Source: Octopus vulgaris
Lineage: Eukaryota
Reading direction: 5' to 3'
Length of the DNA: 64,000 bases
Assembly: GCA_951406725.2 (NCBI GenBank)
Contig: OX597824.1
Span: 63,984,001-64,048,000 of the forward strand
Part shown: positions 53,392-64,000 of the stretch, one piece after another
How positions within the stretch are numbered: the first letter of the stretch is position 1
How the letters are laid out: each line of letters starts with the position of its first letter
Position numbers and translations under genes: made by a program
Notes under the pieces: generated by a model
The model's input: the letters and a program-made list of their open reading frames with translations, nothing else
Database searches by the model: none
Told to the model about the DNA's origin: nothing

Positions 53392-55365
53392 CTCTGCCTA
53401 TCTATCTATATACCTACAATAGATTTATTAAAAAATAAGTCATCTTCAGCTTTTCTTTATATACACTAATTTTCAGTCAGAAAAATCTATAATTTTCAAC
53501 AAAGTTTCAGAATCAACAAAAGAGGGAAATAGAGATTATACCACACACATGTATTTTTTGTGACAACAATAAGCATAAACCAAGTGAAATGGTAACCATC
53601 TTGTATTCAAAACTTGTTAACATATTCAGCCAAGAGTTTCCTAAAACAGCATACCTTTCCCTTGTGTCAAAAACAAAGTTTTGAATTCTTGTTTTACGTG
53701 TGTTTTTTATACAATGGGAAAGTTATTTTGTAACATTCAGTCAAAAGCATATTTGTTTTGGCTGACAAATGTAAACAATATTCTTTTACAAAATGTGAAA
53801 ATTAAAAATATAGCATGTCAGATATACTTACAAATTTTTTATGCTTATTTACAAAAGTATATATTTGTCTGTAAATTTATGTGTTTTGAGAGAAAAATTC
53901 AGCATAAAAAGAATTAGATGTAGCATGCGAGAGGGGGGATTGAACAGATATGGTCAAGTGATGGGTATGGATTAAGTCAGCAGCATAAAGAACTGCCAAT
54001 ATGGATTGCTAAATGTAGATGGAATTTGTGGAAAAGGAGAGAATCCAGGAACACTTGGGACAAAGTAGTAAAGACTGACATCAGGATGTTGAGCCTCATG
54101 GAGGAGATGACAAACAAAAAGAAAGGTCCTAAAGGCATGTCTAAACCCTATCCCTGCACCCAATCTGTTTCTGTTAAGTTTTCCCAACTACTCATCTTCT
54201 AAACATCCAATCCTCCACTCATTTAACAATGCTTACTATTCAACAGCTTGTATAAGAACAGAATAGCATAAATTTCATCCCCTTTTGCACTACAAATTGC
54301 CCCTCTTCCTGGAATCACTTCCTTTATAACAACAAATCCCTCATTTTCAACTTCATCCCTTCTCACATTATTTTTCACTAATCACCCCTTGCTGTGCTGC
54401 CAATTATTTCTCTCTTTCCCTTGAGCTACATCTTATGACTGTCATACCTCATCCTTAACACCCTCTCATATCTGCTATCATTCTTAATACCTTCTCATAT
54501 ATGCCACTGATGTTCCCCAACCTTTGTCTACTACTCACTATATTCATCCCAACATACCTCTGACTTCCATTTCTGTCACTGTACATCTCTCTCTCTCTCC
54601 CTCTCCTCCACTCTCCCATCCCACACATCATCTCCTTATTTCTCACCTTTCTACAGTTTTATTATATTGCTATTTTCCACACTTTCTGTACTGCTTCTTA
54701 CCACTTCTTCTTCCTGAGCCACATATATGCTTCCACCATTGTTCACCATTCATTACATTCACCTCTATCCCCTTCTCTAATTATCTATCACTCTCCTCTC
54801 AAATCTATACAAACCTACCCTCTTACCCTTCCTGATCCTCTGTCCATATTCTACTCACTTTCTTGTACCCTGACACTTTATCACCAGCATCTTTATTTTT
54901 CTACCCATTTACCCCTATATAATGTAGGTAGCTATTTCACCACCCTATAGCAAGACATCTGTTCCTGACCCTCTATCATACTTTAGCCCCTCAACATGTG
55001 GCATAAGCTACCTCTTTCTCTACTACACTCCTACTCAGTTGAGAGGGTTTCTTTGTTTTGTAAGTTACTCAGTAACTTTGCCAATGTTGAAACCATGAAA
55101 AAAAGTACCAGTACCCTCCATCAAAAAAGTTAACATTAGGAAGGGCATCCAGTTATAGAGAATATGTCAATGTCGACACAAAAGGTTTATACAGTCCTCT
55201 AGCTCAGTGAATCCAGTCAAATCATCCAACTCTAGCACCAGCATGGAAGAGATGATAAATGATGATACAATATGATGGACTCCCCCATTGAAGATGATGA
55301 ATTTGCCAAACGACCTGCAAAATTGATCTGTTTATAATGATCAAATGTTCATGCTGCACATATAT

Positions 55366-55519
55366 ATAATCTACACAGATGTGGGTCTTCAGTCCTGCTA
55401 GGGACTTACACTACTTTGTACAGACATGGCAATGATGGACACCTCCTGCAGTAGGCGTTACAATATTTTTGGTGTGGAACTTCATATAATGTTTAAGTCT
55501 GCCTCTTGATGTACATTCT
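55366..55519 (+). repeat. 154-bp exact direct copy of 57099-57252
   Basis: Identical by eye from ataatctacacagatg to gatgtacattct. Confidence 0.92.
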
Positions 55520-55732
55520 ATATACGGTTCACTCTGTCCATCAAATCAATATGGTCTAAACAGGTGCACAGTGTACCATGCATCAGGTGTCGGAGTGATT
55601 GCAGAGCAATGTAGATGAAGTGTTTTGCTCAAGAACACAACACAACAACCAGTCTAAGAATTGAAATCATGATCTACTAATCATGAGTGCAACACCCTAA
55701 CCACTAAGCCATGCACTACTAAGCCACAAGAT

Positions 55733-56106
55733 CATCATCATCATCATCATTTAACGTCCGTTTTCCATGCTAGCATGGGTTGGACGGTTCAACCGGGGTC
55801 TGGGAAGCCAGGGGGCTGCACCAGGTTCCAGTCTGATCTAGCAGTGTTTCTACAGCTGGATGCCCTTCCTAACGCCAACCACTCCATGAGTGTAGAGGGT
55901 GCTTCTTCACGTGCTATACATAAAATCACCCACTACACTCTCGGAGTGGTTGGCGTTAGAAGGGCATCCAGCTGTAGAAACACTGCCAGATCTGACTGGC
56001 CTGGTGCAGCCTTCGGGCTTGCCAAACCCCAGTTGAACCGTCCAACCCATGCTAGCATGGAAAGCGGACGTTAAACGATGATGATGATGATGATGATGAT
56101 GATGAT
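55733..56106. repeat. Head-to-head inverted pair of 3' ends of a (GAT)n-tailed retroposon
   Basis: Arms 55733-55903 and 55925-56106 are diverged reverse complements. The same tail, tgtccaacccatgctagcatggaaagcggacgttaaacgatgat, occurs alone at 46351-46415 and 52789-52847. Confidence 0.88.
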
Positions 56107-56531
56107 ACATACATACATGCGCAGATACATACACAAACACATATTTACAAATTCATATGTATATAGAAAATGAATATATACATAGGTGTGTGTATGTGCA
56201 TTTGAGAGCATATATACACATACAAACACACACGTATGTGTATATACATGAATGTGTATGTGTATTAACTAGTTATCTTGAAACAAGATGAGATCTTGAG
56301 TTACACATTGTTTGTCAACTTACAACTTCATTAGCATTTGTCTAGCAACTTCAAAAAGCACTCAAACAATGTCTCTCAGTTTCTTGCCCTTTGATACAAG
56401 ACAACACCATTAGAACAATTTTTAAAAAAAGCAAAAAGTACCAACTTTATCAGGTTTCTCATAAAACAAATAAGTATGCCGACCTGACACTCATACCCAC
56501 TGCAACCTTCTCATATTCATGCTATATTCTT

Positions 56532-56744
56532 TTTTTCTTTTTACTTGTTTCAGTCATTTGACTGAGGCCATGCTGGAGCACCATCTTGAAGGATTTTAGT
56601 CACACAAATCAACCTGTGGACTTATTTCTTAAGCCTGGTACTCAACCTATCAGCTTCCTTTTTGGCGAACTGCTAAGTTATGAGGACGTAAATACATGAA
56701 CACCAGTTGTCAAGTGGTGATGGGGTAGAAATACAGACACAAAG

Positions 56745-56785
<41 letters not shown>

Positions 56786-56944
56786 CAACAGGCTTCTTTC
56801 AGTTTCCATCTATCAAATCCACTCACAAGACTTCGGTCAGCCTGAGGCTATAGTACAAGACACTTGCCAAGGCACCACACAGTGGGACTGAACCCAGAAC
56901 CATATGGTTGGAAAGCAAGCTTCTTACCACACAGCCACACCTGT
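56532..56944 (-). mobile_element. Family A SINE, CpG-decayed
   Basis: Colinear with 43432-43840. Confidence 0.82.
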
Positions 56945-57049
56945 ACTATGCTGTCTTAAGGCATATTTAACAAGGTACACATATACCACTACCTCATATC
57001 CTCACTAAATATTATACTTCTGGAATAGCACACTTTTACATACATGACA

Positions 57050-58990
57050 GCTGCAACTCAATTTCAAGCAATGCCATTGTTTGATTGTTCTCTCAAGCAT
57101 AATCTACACAGATGTGGGTCTTCAGTCCTGCTAGGGACTTACACTACTTTGTACAGACATGGCAATGATGGACACCTCCTGCAGTAGGCGTTACAATATT
57201 TTTGGTGTGGAACTTCATATAATGTTTAAGTCTGCCTCTTGATGTACATTCTTTTCCATACTATTTACACATAGAGATGTATAATGCATAGTTAACAACT
57301 TTCCTGTGTAGGTTCTCTGAGGACTTCTGAGGCCTGCTTTACTTAAACAGATATGCCCACACTTGTTACATGCTACACTGGACTGTGCACTAATATACTT
57401 GGGCAAATTCCCATCAGGATGCCTATGAACATCTCCCTTGATCTGTTCATATTCAACATGATTTTATTTGAATTTCCTCCTCTCATCACACATTGCTTTT
57501 CTCCACGATGAATGATCTAGAGCAAGATTTTTTTCTTTCATTTTCCAGGATTTTTTTACATTCTCCAGTGTATTCTTCATGCAGTTCTTATATTCTAATT
57601 TCAGTTTGTGCATTTGGTCTTTTCATCTGAGCTAACTCACCATACAGAAATAGCTTAGGGATCCAGTCATCTTCCATCTTGACCTCATGACCACTCCATC
57701 ATAATCAGTGTTGAAGTATAGCGACTATATACTGGGAGACTGACTGCATTTGAAAACTTCAGAATCACTTACATACATCTGCCATCAAATATCCAGTATA
57801 CGACAGACACTGTTGGTGAAATTGCTCCAGCCTTTTCATATGTCTCTGGTAAGTAATTAAGGTCTTACATGCATATAGCATCAAAGACAACACAAGTACT
57901 GCAAACTTCAACATTGTTTCAATTGAAATTCCATACTGAGACTATAGATGTTTGGCTAATTTTCCAAATGCATCACTGGCTTTCTTGATTTGGTGAGAGA
58001 TTTCATCATCAGGAACATTTATGGCAACAGTACCACCTAGATACAGAAATGTATCCACAACCTGCAATTCCTCACCATACACACATACATGGTCTGATCA
58101 ATAAGTATCCAGACTGTTGCCTTAGTAACGAAGCTAAAGCAAGGAATGTGTGTAGCATGTGATCATCACATTGACCATGAAAGAGAAAGTTGAGCAGAGA
58201 ATCTGCATCAAATTTTCCTAAAAGCTTAGCGATACCTGCTCAGAGGCCTACACAAAGTTTTAAAAAAGTTTTCATCATTCTCAATACAATCAAGGAGATC
58301 TTTTGCAACTGAAACCCGAGTGTCTTTTAGTCAGCTGGAAACAGTTTTGGTACAAACTTGGCAGAGATGCATCCCATATCCAAATCTTCAGTGATAATGG
58401 GCTGAACTGGGCCATAACTAATCTGCATATCCTCTGATAACTCACAGATGGTGATTCAACAATTTCCCCTCACAGCTACATGTACATTTGCAATGCTTTT
58501 TTCAGTTCGGCTGGTTGCGGGTCTCCCAGAATGTTTGTCACTATCGACATTTTTTCAGCCATCTTGGAAACATCTGAACCACTCGTACACTTGTGTACAG
58601 CTTATACACTCTTCTCCATACACTTTCTGCAACTTTGCATAGGCCTATGAGCAGGTATCACCATGACAACTTTTTCAGCCATGGTCAATGCAATGATCAC
58701 ATGCTACACATGTTCCTTCCAAGCACTGCTGTAAACAGCAGAATTTGAGCTAGAATGTTAAAACTTAGAGCACATGCAGAGCAGAGTCCAAGGTCAATCT
58801 GTGCTAATGGCTTTACTCTGCATGCTTTAGCTTCATTACCATGGCACCAATCCGGATACTTATTGATCAGACCTTGTATATGTGGCTCAGAAAAGGCTTT
58901 ACATAGTGCAGGTTGGTATGTTATGATTGTCTTTCCAGTCTGATTGTTAGACCCAATGCACTGCATGTTGTTGATAAGGAGTCCATAAAA
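57050..58990 (-). mobile_element. Degenerate RTE (BovB-like) LINE interrupted by a mariner derivative
   Basis: Remnants VDTFLYLGGT, EISHQIKKAS.AFGKL and KLFLYGELA; C-terminal zinc finger CNKCGHICLSKAGLRS. Confidence 0.7.
58088..58876. mobile_element. Mariner derivative built from two inverted left ends, nested in an RTE LINE
   Basis: TIRs ta|catggtctgatcaataagtatcc and ggatacttattgatcagaccttg|ta; both arms carry the transposase start region. Confidence 0.8.
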
Positions 58991-59204
58991 TGCTGCACGT
59001 TCCTCTGGGAGCTAGCAACACGATAAGTATTAGTACACAGAAATTTGTATTTTAGTGATGAGAACAGCTTTGTTTTGACAGCATTGTGACCTTTGTTAAT
59101 CTTAGCAGACTGGTCAGGTTGATATAATAGTCATCCAGACTGTTATACCCTTGTGGTTAGTTATCATTTAGTAATTATATCAATTGAAATGTTTGTCATT
59201 ATTT

Positions 59205-59282
59205 ATAAAATACTTTATTTCAAGTGTTTTATTGTTTTAATATATTTATTTCAAGTGTTTTATTGTTTTATATATTTATTAT
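59205..59282 (-). terminator. Cluster of poly(A) signals in a ~31-bp tandem duplication, candidate 3' end for the 60.5 kb exon
   Basis: Plus strand tttatttcaagtgtttttattgtttta occurs twice, giving five AATAAA hexamers on the minus strand about 1.2 kb after the stop codon. Confidence 0.35.
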
Positions 59283-59722
59283 ATCTAGTAATTTTATTAT
59301 ATTATTTTTGTTTGCAGATTTAATCCTAACAATTATACAAATAGCAAATACATATTTCTTATAAGAGAATATATCTTGTATTATGATTTATGTTGTAAAA
59401 TGATATATCTTATAGTTTGATATGCCTTAAGTTTCATTTATCAATATTATGATATTCCTTATAGTATAATTACATATTATCAAATACATTATGTGCGTCA
59501 CATAATGTTTTTTATTGTATATTATATCTTAAAGTCTGATAAACCATAACCTCATATTATGATAAATCTTATGTATTATATTATGAAATTAAATTTTTAA
59601 TTTAGCTTTTAGTATGATATATTTGTATTGTATATATGCATAATTTTGGCATTTATTTTATCTTTTCTTCCAATTTTGAAAAAAAAAACTTTGAATTTAA
59701 TTAAATTATTTACATACACACA

Positions 59723-59776
<54 letters not shown>

Positions 59777-60492
59777 CATACAAACATTACATATGTATTA
59801 CACACACATACACATGGGTATACAGATGTGAGTATATGCATGTAAATGTATGTATGCATGTATGTATATAAGCATGTATTTATAGATAGCCATAATCCTG
59901 ATATACATCAAACTAAGAAGAAGGTATATCATTGTAGAAGGCACTATAAAACAACATAGATTAAGGATGATTATTTTCCTTTTTTTTTTCCTTTTTTTTT
60001 TAGTGGTGAGTTACAGATGGGGCTCTGTTAGAACAAGAAATGTGTAACTTTGTTTTAATAGTGAAGGTTTTACTAAAATGATTGTTGGCTTCTGTTTTAT
60101 GGTCAATTAAGGGACCAAGAGTAGGGATGTTGGCGTTTGTAATGTACAAAAGTTTCTGGGATTTTTTTTTTTTTTTTTTTTTAATTCCATAATGAATATT
60201 TCTGCAGCTGATATGATCTGAAGGGAGAAAAGAAGAGGAAGGGGAATGTGGAAGAAGAATTTGGAAAAAGAAAAGTAAAAAGAAAAAGGATAGAAAAGAA
60301 TTTGGAAGAAGAAAAGAAGTAATAAGATTTAGGAGAAATAAAATAAAATACAAGAAATAGAATACAAGGAAAATAAGATACAAGAAAGTGCAGGGAAGAA
60401 GAAAAACCTGGATAGCTCAAAAGCCTTGAGAAATGGTAGATTAAAACAGGTTTTTATGGCAGGGAATTGGTCTTTTTTTTTTGCTTGTTTTT

Positions 60493-60573
60493 TTAGAAAT
60501 ATCGCAAGTCACCTTTCATCGAAGACCCTGTTGCTGAGTTCTGTAAATTATTCTTGAAGATATTCCGATTTCC
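60493..60573 (-). CDS. Terminal coding exon GNRNIFKNNLQNSATGSSMKGDLRYF*, probably of an EPS8-family gene (short form)
   Basis: Strong acceptor tatcttttcttttatctcattgcag|GGA. Phase 0 is the longest open frame. The ending resembles the 'KxGEFRYF*' C-terminus I recall for invertebrate EPS8/arouser proteins. An AT-rich UTR-like stretch follows. Confidence 0.6.
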   Translation of the reverse strand, partial: GNRNIFKNNLQNSATGSSMKGDLRYF

Positions 60574-60622
60574 CTGCAATGAGATAAAAGAAAAGATAAT
60601 AGATGAGATGCTATTGTTTATA

Positions 60623-61189
60623 CAAGGTCTGATCAAAAAGTATTGGGATTACTTCTATGGAAACAGAGTTAAAGAATGCAGAAAGAAACCACTTGGTACA
60701 GACTGACCTTAAACTCTGTTGTGAAAGTACATTAAGCTATAAAACATTTTCAGTTACTTCCTTTGCTGTAGCAGTGTTTCAAAACAAAGTGTACAGAGTG
60801 TGGTCAGCTTAAAAAGAAGATTGGGTTTCAGCTGTGCAGGATCTCCTTGATTGTGTAGAGGAAGACAAAAACTTTCTGAAATGGTCATAACATGTGATAA
60901 ACCATGGATCTATGGTTATGACTCCAACACTAAGGCTCAGTCTTTGCAGTGGAAGATCCCCAACAAGATTTTAAGACACTGAAGAAACCCAAGAGAATGC
61001 AACAAGGCAGCTGCTCACTGTCTCCAAAAAACGATTTCCAGAAATGCTTCCATCAATGGAAACGATACTTGGTAAAGTGTGCAGCTTCAGAAGGGGACTA
61101 CTTCAAAGGAGATTAAATACTGCTGGAATGATATCTGTTATAGTTTTCTTTTTATAGCATCAGCTTTGATACTTCTTGATCAGATCTTG
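60623..61189 (+). mobile_element. Internally deleted mariner element, same TIR family as 58088-58876
   Basis: Ends ta|caaggtctgatcaaaaagtat and atacttcttgatcagatcttg|ta; remnants ITCDKPWIYGYD and KCAASEGDYF. Confidence 0.8.
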
Positions 61190-63161
61190 TATATTTCTTT
61201 GTGTAAACTAAATTGTGTTTCTCTTATAATTTTTGTAACTTCTCTATTTCAGAATTGTAGTAGTTTGGAAAAGTCACTTCAATTCTGAGTGAAATGACAC
61301 GTTAAAATGGAAACAATAATAACAATTGAGTCAGAATATTCATTTAAACTATACACATGCATTTATATATAATATACACACCATTTGATACATACATACA
61401 TACATACATACATACATGTGTGTGTGTGTGTATGTGTGTGTGCATAAAGAAATAATTAAGATTCAGTTGAATTAGGTACTTAAGTTGAAGTACCAAGTCA
61501 GTCCAGTATTATCCGCACAGCTTGAAGTAAGGTGAGATTATATCTATATATTACATATACACACAACATTTTCATCATTATCATTTTTTAATTAACCCCT
61601 CTTCTATGCTGGCAATGATCTTTGATGTACGACTACAATGTATAAGAACTGACCAATAAACTAACGACATACTCTGACAAATACAACAGAATAGAGTATC
61701 AGTGATTAGGCCTTAAATGTGTAATGAATGACTTTGAGATTACATAAATGATGTCATTGTCTGCATGACTGGCCCATACAGCATATCTCCCCGACTGACC
61801 CTACTGGCTGTCTCTGTCCACTATTTATCAGTAGTAGAACAGCCCACTTCTCACATGGAGATGTCTGCCACAACACTGCCTCCCCCGCCGCTCCATTGAG
61901 ATTTTTTTTTATTTCTTTTACATGACATTTTTTTTCACTTAGAATCTTTTTTCTCTTTCTGTTTACCAGTAGTGCTACTAACACATAGCAACCTGACTTA
62001 AATCCTTCACACGGACTTATTATTATTTTTCCTTCGACACAGAATTATTTTTCTCTTCAGAATGCTGCAGGTAGTACCAGTCTACATTGTTTACCAGTAG
62101 TGCTACTAACACATAGCAACCTGACTTGAATCCATCAAATGGATTTATATTATTTTTCACTGTGTGTAGTTCAGTTCTGCATTAGAATTCCAGTCTTATC
62201 AGACATTTTTTTTCTTTAGAATTATTTTCAGTAGAATTTATATATTTTTCAGTGAGTGTATATTACTTTTACAGTGTTCAGTTCTGTATTAGTCTTAACT
62301 GTCACTGCGTGTAGTTCGACTCCTTGTCACCACTGATATGTCCTACATTATGACAATAAAGTATCTTACTCAAGAATGCAACACACAGCCTGGTCCAGGA
62401 ATTTAGCTCACTACCTTATGACTCTGAGCTCAACACACTAACCATTGAGCCATATGTATCAAAATGACATACAAAGCTTATTAAGCATGTCAGAAGAAAT
62501 TAAGGTCAACAACAACAGAGCAACAACTGACTTTTAGTAGATACAAAGGAGTAGAGTACTAATAATCAGGTGAATGGTATATTGTCACAGATTATAGGAG
62601 CTGACCAAAATTTAACCATCAATAGATCCAGTCAAATAGAAGATCAGTGACCAGGTCATTAATGTACTCTACTGCTGTAATCTATAAGAACTGACCACCA
62701 ACTGACTGTCAATATCAGTGACCAGGTCATTAATGTATAATGAAAGACTTAGATACATAATGACACATAAGATAAAACAAAGGATAGTGTGTGCGCACGT
62801 GCGTGTTTATGTATGTGTGTTGATATTGTTTAGCAAACATACTATCAAAGATATTCCAGCCATGACCATCTTCTCTTTTCTAACATACGTTTATCTCAGT
62901 TGACATTATCTAGTATATCTGAAGATAGTTAGATGTAAGTTGAGAAAAATTTGGCTGTTATTTCTAACAAGTAGAGCAATGAGGTAGAGGCTTTCTGTAT
63001 TTAACTTATTCACAATGTGATTGTCACTTAGCCCCAGTTCAACACTAATTCATGATCAAATGCACTCTATGACCATTTAACCTCATTTTCCAACAGTATC
63101 TATACAATGTCATTTACCCAAAAAGCCCTTTCTTAATATAAGAAGAAAGAGTGAGATTTAA

Positions 63162-63373
63162 CCCTTTCGTTACTGTATTTATTTTGAGATGCTCTGTATT
63201 TCTTTCAATTATATAATAAAGGATTTAATAAAATAACTTAGTTATCATTAAGCTAATGTTAGGAACATAAATTGTGACTAAGGTTTGGTGGAAGATTTTA
63301 ATTCAAAACTTATGAAAACAAGACATCTGTACTCAGCGCCAGAGCCGATTTCAGCCAGGTTGGTAACGAAAGG
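63162..63373. mobile_element. piggyBac-type MITE
   Basis: ttaa|ccctttcgttac ... gtaacgaaagg; the right TTAA is lost. Confidence 0.6.
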
Positions 63374-64000
63374 AGAGAGCTGGTTGTTATTTCTTACCAA
63401 GTCAAGTGACTATAGACAGATTCTCATTCACCTTTGGGTATCTGTGTGTGTGTTTTACATGGTTATCAGGACTCTATTATGATGCAATTGTTTCATTTTA
63501 ATAAAAACTTAAGAAAGTACATTGAAGACAAAGCATTGTTTAAATTCATGAGCAGTAAGCTGGTACTGAAGCAAGGTTAAAGCAGCACAAGTTCAAACAC
63601 AGATATGTATACACGAATATGTATAGAGTATTAAAGTAGATTAAAACTCATTAAAAGGCTGAAACAATGCAAAATGAATGAAATACAGAAGTCCAAACAA
63701 CAAGAGTTTTAGTGTTAGAACCTCCATCATGATATGTAGTAAAATGGGAAATGTTATAGAGTTGTTATTTCTGCTCAGATATGTGGGAGAAGGTAGTGGC
63801 ATGAACAGACTGGTGTTGTTATAGTAATGTAACATTGGCAATCTTCAAATCAAGGAGGCTATCTTAATAAGTATAAACTTTCATTAAACAACAGATATGA
63901 ATTACTTAAGACAGATATGTTGCTATAGCAACACAAATTTGCACTTGTCACAACCCTCTCACACATGTCTGAGCAAAGATAACAGTTTTGTGCCATCCCC

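Overview
AT-rich, microsatellite-saturated animal genomic DNA. The SINE repertoire suggests an octopus or other coleoid cephalopod; this is an inference from recalled repeat families. Most of the window is intronic or intergenic and filled with tRNA-headed SINEs, LINE fragments (Tx1, RTE, CR1, CRE-like), Penelope remnants, Tc1/mariner, hAT and piggyBac-type MITEs, and a Gypsy-like LTR remnant. The only host coding sequence I can support is on the minus strand. Two spliced exons (14190-14364 and 11162-11291) form an EPS8-type SAM domain, with a candidate last exon at 3574-3621. A stop-containing exon at 60493-60573 ends in ...KGDLRYF*, which resembles the C-terminus of short invertebrate EPS8-family proteins. 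The most notable observations are: a young Tx1 LINE inside a (GATA)n array; one SINE head/body carrying three different tails, two matching LINEs present in the window; Penelope-type minimal hammerhead motifs with a shared C·A variant; locally copied insertions inside (TA)n tracts; and a CpG-depletion boundary near 40.5 kb. Nearly all listed ORFs are microsatellite artefacts. All calls were made by eye, without database searches.
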